Positions 12,170-23,297 of a stretch of 64,000 nucleotides of DNA are shown here, one piece after another. A program made the position numbers and the translations under genes. Source of the stretch: an uncultured delta proteobacterium (GTDB lineage Bacteria; Desulfobacterota; Binatia; UBA9968); NCBI GenBank assembly GCA_963745835.1, contig CAVUZH010000022.1, forward strand, positions 1-64,000, given 5' to 3'. The notes beneath the pieces were generated by a model. The model ran no database searches. It was not told the origin of the DNA and worked only from the letters and a program-made list of their open reading frames with translations. The first letter of the stretch is position 1, and each line of letters starts with the position of its first letter.

Positions 12170-12478
12170 CCCTCCGCTGGCGTGATTGTTGATGCATCGC
12201 AGGCCGGAGCAACTCTGTGCAGGCTGCGCAAAGACCTCAGATGCAACGCCGGGTCATGTTCAATGAACTTAATCATTGGTCGAGCTATATCGATGATATA
12301 TGAATATCGAGCAATGCTTTGGCAGTTCATATCACTTATTTGCAACTTACATAGACCACTAATCCGCTTGAAGCAAGTTATGCCTCGACACCGATAAACA
12401 GTTACTTGAGCCAAATTGTGGGAATGCGCCGCTAGGTTGCGACAAGCAGAAGAATTACAGGCGACTCATCCTGCTGCA

Positions 12479-13835
12479 CTAATGATCTAAATTGTTCCTA
12501 ATGAAACCTTCGGAGGTTCCTTGACCATCTTTTCTTGCTTGCGGCCAAGCCACCAACCGTTTACCAGCCAGGCGCACGAGATCGGGACCGCCACCAGAGC
12601 TATGCCGGTCATGCCGAATCCCAGCAGTCCCAAACCGGCGTAGGACCAGGCGCCCGACCTGGTCGCCAAGCCGATACACCACGGTATCGATGAAACTTTT
12701 CGCTTTGTACTTATCTTCGCGGGGAACCACGGTGAACAGCACTTCCCGGGTGGGACGCGCAAACGCGAAGTTTCCGGCTCGGCGCAGCACCTGATAGCCG
12801 ACCAGCACCGCGATCGTCGGCATTGACGCCAGAGTGCCGAAGCCGAAAATGCTTAACGCCGGCAGGATCGCCAACGTAACCGCAACCCCTACGCCGGCGC
12901 AAAAGGCGATGGGTCAAAAATAATTGCGCTCCCAGTGTCAAAATGTTTACCCATAAGTCGATGCTGGCGAAAAAGGCTGTGCGCGCTCCTCGATCAGCGA
13001 AACTTTGGCGCGCGATTTCCGCTTGCTGGAAGTAAAGAAACGTCGAAGTGACGGTAAACAGCAGGATGTAAACACTCACGTTGATCAAGTACGGCGACTT
13101 GAGCGCGTGAGTAACGCCGGAAAAGACCGAGCCGCCGATGAGCGCTTGATCGGAACGCATTACCGGTTGCCGATGCAACGCCTGGGAGAGCCTTGATAAG
13201 CGCCGCACTCCGAATACCGCGACTTCGATCAGCGCGGCTGAAATGAGCAGCAGATAAACGGGTGATACTTGTTTGGCCAACAAAGCGGTTATGCTCGAGC
13301 CGACAATGCCTCCGAGAGTTGCGCCGGCGGCGATGAAACCGAAGAGCCGTTTGCTCTGCTCGGAATCGTATACGTCGACCATCAAAGCCCAGAAAACCGA
13401 GACGACGAACAGATTGAAAATCGATGTCCATATAAAGAAAAGCCGGCCCAACCAAATGTTTTGCTCGGCGCTGGCGGCATTGAGCAGAATCGCGAAGATC
13501 AACAAATTGCTGATGAAGAATCTGTAGGCGATGGCAATGAAGCGAACCCGCGGCAACCGAGCCACCAGCGCCGCAAACGGCGGATTGACCGCGATCATGC
13601 CTGCCAGAGTTCCGGTAAAAAGCCACGGCAGGTTTTCAATACCGCCGGCAACCCCCATCTCGTCGCGCACTGGCCGAAGAATATAATAAGAGGAGAGTAG
13701 CGAAAATATATACAACCATGACCAGGCCAGAGCCCGGATTTCAGCAGGGCGGACATCGAGAAACCGCCTGAGAAGCCGGTAAATCGGACCGCCGCTATCC
13801 CGCGGATTGACATCCGTCGAGGAATCACGCATCAC
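12479..13835 (-). CDS. MFS-fold transporter of the ATP:ADP antiporter (NTT/TLC-like) group, frameshifted
   Basis: YYILRPVRDEMG, LFVVSVFW, SKRLFGFIAAGATLGGIVG, and C-terminal RPTREVLFTVVPREDKYKAKSFIDTVVYRLGD in a second frame (indels near 12900 and 12655). Confidence 0.85.
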
Positions 13836-13881
13836 CGCCTCCCCACCGAGCTATCACTATCATCAATTGACCGGCTGGCGA

Positions 13882-14808
13882 TTAAGCCGCATCGATAAAG
13901 TTTTCCATACGCCGGCGCATTGCCGCATCGGGCAAACGACCGCGCGCGGCGCCCAAGTTGTCGCTGACGTACTCGGGCTTAGCCATGCCGGGGACCGCGC
14001 AAGTCACGGCGGGATGTGAAACGATGTATTTGAGAAAAAATTGCGCCCATGTGCTGCAATCAATTTCCGCTGCCCATTCCGGTAATTTCTTGCCTTGCAC
14101 CGCATTAAACAGCCGGCCGCGGCCGAATGGCAGATTGATCATGACCGCCATGCCGCGGTCGCCGGCTAACGGTATAATCCTTTCGCCGGCGTTGCGGTTA
14201 TCGAGGGCATAGTCGACCTGAATAAAGTCGAGGGTTTCTTTTTTTATCGTCTGCTCGAACTCCGGGTACTGGTTTTCGAAAGAAGTAGTGATTCCGACAT
14301 AACGAACCCGCCCCGCTTGTTTCATCTCACGGATCGTACGCAGCTGGGTTTCGGTATCACGTAGATTATGCACCGCAATCAAGTCGATCTTGTCGGTGCG
14401 CAGGCGCTTGAAGGATTGCTCGATCTGTTTGATGCCGGCCGCCTGTCCGCTGTCGCGCAAGCTTACCTTGGTAGCCAAGAACAAGGAGTCCCGGGCCTTG
14501 ATCTGGTCGACGAGTTCACCCACGACCGCTTCAGCCGTGCCATAGCTAGGCGAGCTGTCGATCACCTTGCCGCCCAACTCGTTGAAGCGCTGAATCGTCT
14601 CCCTGAGAGGCGCTTTTTCGGCAGCCGTCTGAATCTCCTCGTAACGGCGGGCGGTGCCGATGCCGACGACGGGAATGCTCTCGCCGCTGGACGGAATTTT
14701 CTTCTGCAACAGGGCGGTAGATTGGCCAAATAGGCCGTTTGCCGGCAGCGCCAGCGCTGCTCCCGCAGCGATCCCGGCCTTGAAAAAATCACGACGGCTA
14801 ATTTGCAT
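13882..14808 (-). CDS. aldo/keto reductase with twin-arginine signal
   Basis: N-term MQISRRDFFKAGIAAGAALALP; IDSSPSYG, LATKV, DLIAVHNL, RYVGIT. Confidence 0.92.
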   Translation of the reverse strand: MQISRRDFFKAGIAAGAALALPANGLFGQSTALLQKKIPSSGESIPVVGIGTARRYEEIQTAAEKAPLRETIQRFNELGGKVIDSSPSYGTAEAVVGELVDQIKARDSLFLATKVSLRDSGQAAGIKQIEQSFKRLRTDKIDLIAVHNLRDTETQLRTIREMKQAGRVRYVGITTSFENQYPEFEQTIKKETLDFIQVDYALDNRNAGERIIPLAGDRGMAVMINLPFGRGRLFNAVQGKKLPEWAAEIDCSTWAQFFLKYIVSHPAVTCAVPGMAKPEYVSDNLGAARGRLPDAAMRRRMENFIDAA

Positions 14809-14995
14809 CAAACAATCTCCTGATCTGTCTTTGGCAGCCTGCAACCAGACTTTTCAGCAACCTGTTAGTTCGCCTGGTGGCAACCTGCCATCGATTGCTG
14901 CGCGAGTTGCAAGCGAGTTTATAACTATTTAACGAGAGGGCAACACGCGGCCCGGCGACCTTACTTGTTGAACCGTTCGATTCTGATCCTCGAAG

Positions 14996-15412
14996 CTATC
15001 TAAAGGTCTGGCGACGCCGCCGGTTAGTCGATTCGCCATCGACGCTCCAGATTCCGGCGCCCTGGGTTGCCATGTACAGAAAAACAAAGCAGAAGAGCAC
15101 GGCCGGTTCACCTCCATTCTCTAAGGGCCAAAAACTTTTGGGATAATGGCCCATGAAATAAGCGACCGCCATTTCGCCGCTGGCGATGAATGCCGCATAG
15201 CTGGTCAGAAATCCTATGGTAATTAGAAAGCCGAGCATGAGCTCGATGATTCCTGCCACTCCAAACAGCGACGTCAGCGGCGCCGTCTGTCCGCCCATAC
15301 CGCCGAACCAGCCAAAAACTTTTTGTGCGCCATGACAAAAGAACAACAATCCGACGATGATGCGCATAATGGCGTAGGCATAGGGCGCAAATGAGCCAAG
15401 AACTCTTTCCAT
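14996..15412 (-). CDS. DoxX family membrane protein
   Basis: RIIVGLLFFCHGAQKVFGWFG...AAFIASGEMAVAYFMGH...NGGEPAVLFCF. Confidence 0.92.
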   Translation of the reverse strand: MERVLGSFAPYAYAIMRIIVGLLFFCHGAQKVFGWFGGMGGQTAPLTSLFGVAGIIELMLGFLITIGFLTSYAAFIASGEMAVAYFMGHYPKSFWPLENGGEPAVLFCFVFLYMATQGAGIWSVDGESTNRRRRQTFR

Positions 15413-15481
15413 GACCAAGACCTCCTCTGAGTAACGAGCTTGAATCCTTTAGGCGACAAAGTGTTCAACAAGCGCTAGTCT

Positions 15482-16159
15482 TCAAAAGCCGACGCCAATG
15501 CCAAGCGAGGTGCCCGAGCCGCGGCCATCTCGGTCGTGACGCTCGAACTGGCGGCGTTCATCGCGTCGCACATTGTCAATCTCCTCCTCCATTCTCTTGC
15601 CGATCCATTCGCCACTGGCAATTAACTGATCCCACACGATATCTTTGCCGGCGATTATTGCGAGATTTTTCTCCAGCTCGGAACGAATCTCACGCAGCGG
15701 GTCCCAATAGGCTGTAAAGGGTCGGCTACGTTCCATGTATTCCAGCCAATCGTGCAGTCCTTGCATGCCGGCCTGGATCTCTTTCACTGCCGCCGACCGA
15801 TCGACGGTGCGCGCCAAGGTCAAGCCCAGATAGATCCTGGCGAGGTTGTCGTCCCGATAAACCGAAAGCGCCCGCTCAAACGATGCGCGAGCCGGAGCCA
15901 GCATTCCAAGAGAGTATTGACTCCGGCCCAGGTAGGTCCAAATAGACTCTCGGAAAAGCACCGCCTCATAAATATAATTCGGGTTCTTGTTCGCCACCTC
16001 TTGGAAATAAGGTAGAGCCCGTTCCATGTTGCCCGCGAGCAGCGCCTGTCTTCCCGATTGCATCTGCCCCGCAAGTCGAAGCGATGAACAGCCGGACCAC
16101 AACAAGAGGCCCATCAACAGGACAATTCTTTTATGGGCCATCATCGGGCTAACCTTCTT
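15482..16159 (-). CDS. TPR-containing lipoprotein (start uncertain)
   Basis: Lipobox LLWSGC; helical repeats WTYLGRSQYSLG...ARASFERAL...ARIYLGLTL. Confidence 0.7.
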   Translation of the reverse strand, partial: KKVSPMMAHKRIVLLMGLLLWSGCSSLRLAGQMQSGRQALLAGNMERALPYFQEVANKNPNYIYEAVLFRESIWTYLGRSQYSLGMLAPARASFERALSVYRDDNLARIYLGLTLARTVDRSAAVKEIQAGMQGLHDWLEYMERSRPFTAYWDPLREIRSELEKNLAIIAGKDIVWDQLIASGEWIGKRMEEEIDNVRRDERRQFERHDRDGRGSGTSLGIGVGF

Positions 16160-16417
16160 CATCAAAGCCAAAAGACGAAACAGAACAGTTTCAGAGCCGC
16201 AGCAATAATCAATCGGAAGACAAAGCCGCCGGAGGCAACACACTTAAAAACCTTCTCACATCTAACCCCTCAACAAAGAAGGAGTCAATTAACAATTCAT
16301 ACGGCGGGCTCGGACGAGCGGGAGGTTGACAAACCTGAAGCTCACCTAATTGCTATCACCCCAGGAAGATATATCGTTAGAATCAGAGGAGACCAATGGA
16401 TAAAAGGAGGACAGCTA

Positions 16418-16885
16418 ATGCCGGAAGTAAAAGCCATTCCTGATGAATACCGGGGCGCGACCCCGTATCTGAGCGTCACCGGCGCAGCCGAGGCCATCGA
16501 ATTCTACAAAAAGGCCTTCGGCGCCCGTGAGACGATGCGCATGCCCGCGCCCGCAGGAAAGATTGGCCACGCCGAGATCAGAATCGGCGACGCGACTATC
16601 ATGCTTGCCGATGAGTATCCGGAAATGAACTTTCGCAGCCCGCAGTCGCTGGGCGGCAGCCCGGTAAACATCCTCATCTATGTCAACGATGTCGACGCGT
16701 TCGTGAATCAGGCGGTTATGGCGGGCGCAAAGTTGTTACGAACGGTAGCCGATCAATTCTACGGCGACCGCATGGGCGTCTTGCAGGATCCCTTCGGACA
16801 CACATGGTCTTTTGCCACACACATCGAGGACCTGTCTCCAGAGGAACTGCAGAAACGCGCCGCACAGCACGGCGCCGAACAATAA
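16418..16885 (+). CDS. VOC/glyoxalase (PhnB-like) protein
   Basis: RBS AGGAGG then MPEVKAIP; TPYLSV...AIEFYKKAFGA...HAEIRIG...DQFYGDRMGVLQDPFGHTW. Confidence 0.93.
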   Translation: MPEVKAIPDEYRGATPYLSVTGAAEAIEFYKKAFGARETMRMPAPAGKIGHAEIRIGDATIMLADEYPEMNFRSPQSLGGSPVNILIYVNDVDAFVNQAVMAGAKLLRTVADQFYGDRMGVLQDPFGHTWSFATHIEDLSPEELQKRAAQHGAEQ

Positions 16886-17026
16886 CAGCGAAGATTTTCG
16901 ATGGCACTTGCCCATCGGCCAATGCGGGCGTTATCTCGAGGCGGACAAATTTTCTCAATGCGCGAAATGAATCAAATTAGCTAGGCACCACGGGAAAGAT
17001 TGGCCAGAGGCATAACCGAAACCATC

Positions 17027-17064
17027 AAGAGGAAAGCCCGGTTTGTCGCCCGGGCTTTCCTCTT
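17027..17064. terminator. intrinsic terminator hairpin between convergent genes
   Basis: AAGAGGAAAGCCCG ... CGGGCTTTCCTCTT perfect inverted repeat. Confidence 0.75.
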
Positions 17065-17086
17065 TCGCTAATGCAGTTGAACGATG

Positions 17087-18220
17087 TTATGCGCCGAGAC
17101 CGAAGGTCTTAGTCGGATTGTCCCAGAGGATTTTGCGCCGCGACTCGGCGGAGATTCTTTCGTTGCTGCTGATTGCGCCCACGGTCTTGTCCGGAAATTT
17201 ATCGATGGCGTCGCTATGCGGATAGTCGGTGGCGATCATCAAGTAATCGTCGCCGACATGTTCGATGAACGCGGGGGCGAGCTCTTCGCCGGCCTCGCAG
17301 CTCACCCAGCACTGCCGTTTGAAGTAGTAGCTCGGTTTTTCCTTGGTCAGCTTGGCTGAGCCGTGCGATTCGTGCTCCCAGTGTTCATCCATGCGCTCGA
17401 GCCAGAACGGCACCCAGCCGCAGCCGGATTCGAGGTGGGCAACTTTGAGCTTGGGAAATCTTTCCAGCACGCCATCGGCGCAGAAGTTGAGACATGCAAG
17501 CATCTGCTCCAGCGGATGGCAGGCGATATGGCGGCCGAACTCGCTGTAACGATCGTCGCCGGCCTGCGGCAACACCGTGCGCGCGCCTTCATGCACGCAC
17601 ACTGTCACGCCGAGATCGGCCGCCGTCTCGTAGACCGGATCGTATTCCGGGCTGGCCAAGGTGCGCCCGCAGAATTTGTTGGGCCGCCAGAAGATTCCGA
17701 CCAGTCCCAACTTTTCGCGCGCATATTTTAACTCCTCGACCGCTCGCGCCGGATCCTGGAGTGGAATCAACATGACGCCATGCAGGCGTTTACGATCATA
17801 GTCGCAGTACTCGGCCAACCAGGTGTTATAAGCGCGGCAGATCGCGGCGCTTAGTTCCGGATCGATATCGTCGCGCCACATGATGTAGAGCCCGATGGTC
17901 GGAAACAGGACGCTGACATCGATGCCTTCCCGGTCCATATCGCGCACGTTGGATGCCGGGTCGAATTTATTGGCATAGGCATCGGCGAAACATTCGCGCC
18001 ATCGTTTTGACGACGAGAAAATATAGCCGAAATCCTCCATCACCCGACCAGGCCGTTGTGCTGAGTCGGACACCGGCTTGCCGTCAACTAAGCGGACCGT
18101 CTGATTGGGCCCTTCGAGGCGCACCCGGTTCTTGAATTTCTCCGGCAAATATTTTTGATACAGATCCGACGGTTCAAGAATGTGCCGGTCGGCATCGATG
18201 ACTTTAAAACCATCCTTCAT
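17087..18220 (-). CDS. amidohydrolase family 2 (LigW/ACMSD-like) protein
   Basis: IDADRHILEP, DMDREGIDVSVLFPT, CVHEG, LESGCGWVPFWLERMD, ATDYPHSD. Confidence 0.92.
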   Translation of the reverse strand: MKDGFKVIDADRHILEPSDLYQKYLPEKFKNRVRLEGPNQTVRLVDGKPVSDSAQRPGRVMEDFGYIFSSSKRWRECFADAYANKFDPASNVRDMDREGIDVSVLFPTIGLYIMWRDDIDPELSAAICRAYNTWLAEYCDYDRKRLHGVMLIPLQDPARAVEELKYAREKLGLVGIFWRPNKFCGRTLASPEYDPVYETAADLGVTVCVHEGARTVLPQAGDDRYSEFGRHIACHPLEQMLACLNFCADGVLERFPKLKVAHLESGCGWVPFWLERMDEHWEHESHGSAKLTKEKPSYYFKRQCWVSCEAGEELAPAFIEHVGDDYLMIATDYPHSDAIDKFPDKTVGAISSNERISAESRRKILWDNPTKTFGLGA

Positions 18221-18349
18221 AATTGTCTCCTTCCCTGCGCTGCTTGGGTATCTTTATTTCTATCGAGTCAGTACTGCCTTTCATAAATCAATCCTGTTCC
18301 GGCAGCAAGTGCCCAGCCGATTCGTCAGGTCGCTGAAGACGACGGCAGT

Positions 18350-20155
18350 TTAAGACTGTCTCAGACGGCGCAACCTTAACAAGATTTCATCGGTAATTTG
18401 CGGAATCAATGTCTGGAGGTTCTCGTCCACTTTGGCGCGCACCGATTCTTCGCACTTCTCACGCGCTTCAGCCAGCAGTCGTTGAAACCGGGACTGCCAC
18501 AAGGCTGTCCGCACGACCGCGGCGGGAAGCAGAATGTGCTCAACCGTTTCGGTGATTTTATCCTTGCCAAACCACCATGCTCCAGCAGCCACCATCGCGC
18601 CCGCTACCAGCCCGATCAAAAATCCGATAGGGCCGGTGGTGCCCAAAACCGTAGCGATGATAGCGATACCCAATTGTTCTCCGATGCCGCCGCCAACCGC
18701 AGCGATGGCGAGCGCGATCGATGTGCCTACCGAAAAGGCGAGCGCGCGGCTAAATTCATTGGAAATCTTCAGTTCAGTTCTACCGGCCGGAAAGATCGAC
18801 AACTCCTCAAAAGCTATCTGCGGATCTTTGACATCAATAAAGCTTGTACCGATGCTCTTTAACACCTCACCAAGTCGTTGTGACAATGCCAGCTGCAATT
18901 CGGGTAGCGCAGTATCTGTAATGAAGGATTGTATTTTTGGCAAGAATGCGACGGTAGTACTGGTCAACTCCGACTTTAAATCGGCAATTTTCCCGCCTCG
19001 TTCACGAAATAAAATTAGCTTGGGGACGATCTGCTCATCGTAAAGCTTCGATGCGACAAAACCGGCGACCTTAACGGAGAATGTTTGCGCTTGCGCCCCG
19101 ACCTCTTTCTCGATCAACAATCGAATCGGTCCCTCGATGACTTCACCATAGTAGTGGTCAAGAGGAAGCGCGATGTTATCGGACAATCGAGCAAGCCGGC
19201 TCGACTGCCAAGCCGCCAACGCAAGTCTCGGTAGGACCACGGCAACGAAAACCGAGATCGCGAACAGATGAATCCAGCCATCCGCCTCATCCCCTCCGGG
19301 AGTTAGAAGCCGACTGACGCTAATTTCATTTGCCAGCCCAAGGCCAAATAAATTAGAAATCCACAGGCTCGGGCCGAACAGCACGCGGATGAACGTGGCG
19401 ACAGATTCCTGGTCGACGATGAAAGTACTGTCCCACACCACCCGATAACCCTGAAACAGACCGCGAAAATACATGCCTGCGACGGCTCCGGTGGCGATAA
19501 ACACAGACCCGAGATGAAGCAAGCGCCGCCATCTCGACACCACGAGCGCTCCGGCGACGGAAAGCCAATGATGGCTGAAACGTCTCATTATCTGGGCCAG
19601 ATTCTTCTGCTCATGAACTGCAAAGATCATTCGGTGAAAAAAATGCCACACCCCCGGCAACAAGTACTTAACCACCCAGGGGGCTTTATATTGATGGTTC
19701 CGTAAGCTACTGCGGAGGCTCTCAACTGTGTTGGCGGCCGGCACAACGTTCATAACTTGCTGTGTTTTAATTTTCCGCCGCAAGAACAGCACGAAGAGCG
19801 CCAGAAATACCAGCAGATTCCAGGCGATCAAAATAAATATTGGATTGCGAATGACGTGGATTTGTTGCGCCGGACCTAGCAGGTTGGTCGCCAGGCCTAA
19901 GAGGAAAGCGGCAAAGCATACCGGAAAAGTCCAGGGAGCCGGGATTTTCGCCAGCTGCAGGATTGACTGATACCAAGGCGAGAGATGTTCGAACAACCGC
20001 GCCGCATATCGTTCGATGGAACTTAATCCGGGCTCGGCATCCTGTGCCGCGACAAATGCTTGAGCCCGAAGTTCCTCTGAAAACGCGCGCGGGTCACACT
20101 CTTCGATTGAACGGATCAGTACGATCTTGGCGGCGGCGTCTTCCGTTAAAGCCAT
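18350..20155 (-). CDS. DUF2868-like membrane protein with C-terminal helical/glycine-rich region
   Basis: Several TM segments, GMYFRGLFQGYRVVWDSTF, VVLPRLALA; C-terminal GTTGPIGFLIGLVAG. Confidence 0.65.
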   Translation of the reverse strand: MALTEDAAAKIVLIRSIEECDPRAFSEELRAQAFVAAQDAEPGLSSIERYAARLFEHLSPWYQSILQLAKIPAPWTFPVCFAAFLLGLATNLLGPAQQIHVIRNPIFILIAWNLLVFLALFVLFLRRKIKTQQVMNVVPAANTVESLRSSLRNHQYKAPWVVKYLLPGVWHFFHRMIFAVHEQKNLAQIMRRFSHHWLSVAGALVVSRWRRLLHLGSVFIATGAVAGMYFRGLFQGYRVVWDSTFIVDQESVATFIRVLFGPSLWISNLFGLGLANEISVSRLLTPGGDEADGWIHLFAISVFVAVVLPRLALAAWQSSRLARLSDNIALPLDHYYGEVIEGPIRLLIEKEVGAQAQTFSVKVAGFVASKLYDEQIVPKLILFRERGGKIADLKSELTSTTVAFLPKIQSFITDTALPELQLALSQRLGEVLKSIGTSFIDVKDPQIAFEELSIFPAGRTELKISNEFSRALAFSVGTSIALAIAAVGGGIGEQLGIAIIATVLGTTGPIGFLIGLVAGAMVAAGAWWFGKDKITETVEHILLPAAVVRTALWQSRFQRLLAEAREKCEESVRAKVDENLQTLIPQITDEILLRLRRLRQS

Positions 20156-20161
20156 GGCTGA

Positions 20162-20318
20162 CTAGCAGGGTGCTGAAAAAAGCCTCTTGCAGGCTGCTCA
20201 AAAAGATCCAGATGCAAGGCGCGCGAAAAATCGACGAGCGGAGGCGTACTTACAGTACGTTGCAGCGAGGCGATTGAGCGGTAACGAAGCATATGAGTCT
20301 TTTTCAGCAGCCTGCTAG
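20162..20318. mobile_element. MITE-like element (149 bp) flanked by CTAG
   Basis: CTAG-CAGGGTGCTGAAAAA...TTTTTCAGCAGCCTG-CTAG. Closely related copies at 23104 and 42835. No transposase. Confidence 0.78.
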
Positions 20319-20417
20319 GGTCGAGTCATAAGCATCGCAACAGCCCGAACCTTTGCGCCGGCTCGCAAGGAGCGCAGAATCTCAATATTCGAACGAGCAT
20401 GCGGCATTGACGCCTGA

Positions 20418-22965
20418 TTAACTTAAGCGGTGATGCTGCCAACGCTCGCGGCAGACAACCGCGATGCGCAGCCGCTCGAGATGCTGCTCCAGTTGCTTTG
20501 CCCCTTGCTTTACCGGATGCCGCGCGAAGAAATCTCTGACGTCGCTTTCAAGATCCGGCAGTGCCAAACCAATAATGCCTTCGCACATGCGCGGGATCGA
20601 GTTGTCCGGATATTGACGCAACATTTCGTCCCATTGCTCTTTCATAAAGCTCCAGGCTCTCACCCGCGCGTCGGGGTTTAGCAAAATGTTACGCATCAAG
20701 TACGGGGAATTTTGCGTCCGCACCTCGCCGTTGATGGTCAGCCGACATGTGCGCTCGATCAAATCCGGCTGCCGGAAGCCGGCCAGCGCAAACAGGTAAC
20801 GCTGCTCTTCCTGGGGCGTCTGGGCGTTTTTGAACTTGCCGTAAAACCTCTCATAATCCGCCGGCGTTCCGGTGTGGGCGACAATCGAGATCAGCGCCGG
20901 CACCAGGTTGCGATCCACCGCATTGGCGTTCCGTTCATATTGCGAGTAGAGATCTCGCGCCCGCGCCTGGCAGGCTTTGTCTTCCGCCACCGTGCCGAGA
21001 GCGGCGATCAAATCGCCACGCAGCTGACTTTCCAACTCGCTTTCCCCTTCGCGTACCGACCAGCCGATGCGTTGCACGGCCGGCGCAAACACCGACCGCA
21101 AGCGTTGTTGCAACCCGGCACGCTGCGCGTCATCAAGGATTCGGTTCAGATGATGAGCGGAGCCGATTACGGTGGTCCAGACATTGATATCGGACTCATC
21201 CCGAAGCAGATCGAGCAAGTTAAGATACTCGGAAAGCGGCGTTAAACCCGCGACTGTCGCGGCCCAGGTGTCGTTGACCAATCCGAACCGCTCGACCGAA
21301 GACAAAATGTTATGCAGCGCTTGTTTCAAGCCGCCCATCAATTCGTCACTGTAGCGCACACGATAAAAGCCGTGTCCACCGGCATTCACCACAACCCAAT
21401 CGGGTTCATCCGGCAGCTCGAGAAGAAGTTCCTCATCGGCGAGCAGAACTGTCTTGGTGACAACACCGCGTTTTGTGCCGGCGCGCAGAAAAATCGGCAC
21501 CAGCCATCTTCGTTCCGATCCTGCAGCATCGTCCAGATAGCGGAAGAGCCGCTGCGATAGAGCGATGCCGCCGGAACGTTGCGCCACGCTAATTACCGGA
21601 TAGCCCGGCTGAAATATCCAAGTGTCCATCAACGCGCGCACCGGCTGATGGGTGGAATCTTCGATGGCATCCCATAGATCCGTTGTCTCGGCATTGGCAT
21701 ACTGATGCCGCCTTAAGTAGAGGCGAATGCCGTCGCGAAACGGCTCGGCGCCCAAGTACTGTTCGAGCATGCGTAAAACCGACGCGCCCTTCTCATAGGT
21801 GAGCACATCGAACATGCCGGCAGCTTCCTCCGGTTTTTCCACCTTGAATTCGATGGGCCGCGTGCTCTTGAGTCCATCGATCTGCATGGCGGCGGCGCGC
21901 GAGACCGTAAAACTATCCCAGCGCCGCCATTCGGGTTTCCAGGCATCCACCGCTAGCATTTCCATGAAGGTGGCGAATGCCTCATTTAACCAAAGGCCAT
22001 TCCACCACTTCATGGTCACCAGATCGCCAAACCACATGTGGGCATTCTCGTGCGATACCACGTCCGCCACTCGCTCGAGCTCGCCGCGAGTTGCCTTTTC
22101 CGAATCGACCAGCAATGCAGTTTCACGAAACGTGATGGCGCCGAGATTTTCCATTGCTCCCGATGCAAAATCCGGAATCGCGATTAAATCGAGCTTATCG
22201 CCGGGGTACGGAATAGCGTAATATTCCGCGAAGTGGGTCAATGAAAAGCTGCCGATCTGCTCGGCGTATTTTGCCAAATGCTTCTTGCCTGGGACCGCCC
22301 ACACTCTAAGCGGCGCATGGCCTAAAGTGACCGGATCGGTGCTTTCGAATTCGCCGACGATGAACGCCACCAGGTACGTGGACATCCGGATGCTATCGGC
22401 AAAGACAACTTCCTTCTTTGCAGTTCCAGGCACAGGTGTTTCACGCACTATGCGCGTATTGGAGATGGCAGTTAACCCCTGATCGACCACCAGTGTCGGT
22501 TGAAATACCGCCTTGAACGCCGGCTCGTCCCAACAGGGAAACGCGCGCCGGGCATCGGTAGATTCGAATTGCGTCGAAGCCAGCGGCTTTTCTTGACCGT
22601 CGTTGTCTTTGTAGGTGCTGCGGTAAAAGCCATGAAGTTTGTCGTTCAACACACCGGAAAAGCTGATCCGCAACTCCCAGCATCCCGGCGCCAGAGTCTG
22701 CTGGAAGTCCAATGCGGCCTGCTCGTTGTCGCCATCGAGAGTCACATCCGCCGGCAAGCACCACACCGCCCGGTTGCTGCATTGAAACCTCTTCAAACAC
22801 CAGCTCCGCAGCGTTGAGCCGAATTTGTCGCACCGGTTCGTGCACCTGAACGACGATTTTTTCTTCGCCGTCAAAGCGCGCGGCAGAGAGATCGGGAGTC
22901 AATCGAATTTCATAACGTTCCGGCGTAACGGTCGGCGGCAAGCGATGTGATTTTTGATCTGCCAT
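20418..22965 (-). CDS. M1 family aminopeptidase (aminopeptidase N/puromycin-sensitive type), one frameshift near 22750-22770
   Basis: N-term RLPPTVTPERYEIRL (frame 22441..23058); TQFESTDARRAFPCWDEP, GAMEN, HENAHMWFG...LWLNE, YEKGA. Confidence 0.95.
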
Positions 22966-23103
22966 CGAAACTCCTAATGATTGATTCAGACGAGTTGCGC
23001 ACCCGGCTATTTTTATACTACCACAATGTCCTAACTCAATCGTGTCGCAAGCCAACAACAGCGCTATGTATCCGGGTTTAGTGAATATTGGGAAATATCA
23101 GAG

Positions 23104-23259
23104 CTAGCAGGTTGATGAAAATGCGGATTGCAGCTGCTCAAAAAGAGTTAGAGCCGAGGCGCGCGAAAAATCGGCGAGCGGAGGCGTACTTAGCAAGTAC
23201 GTTGTAGAGAGACGATCAAGCGTAACGAAGGATATGACTCTTTTTCAGCAGCCTGCTAG
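23104..23259. mobile_element. MITE-like element (148 bp) flanked by CTAG
   Basis: CTAG-CAGGTTGATGAAAA...TTTTTCAGCAGCCTG-CTAG. Shares GGCGCGCGAAAAATCG.CGAGCGGAGGCGTACT with the 20166 copy. Confidence 0.78.
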
Positions 23260-23297
23260 TATTTGCGGCAGCCATGCCCTCTTGCTAGCATTCGACC

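Noticed and set aside
19963-20277. ORF ending ...VLKKASCRLLKKIQMQGARKIDERRRT
   Set aside because: Translation of the MITE sequence plus an antisense overlap, not a credible gene.
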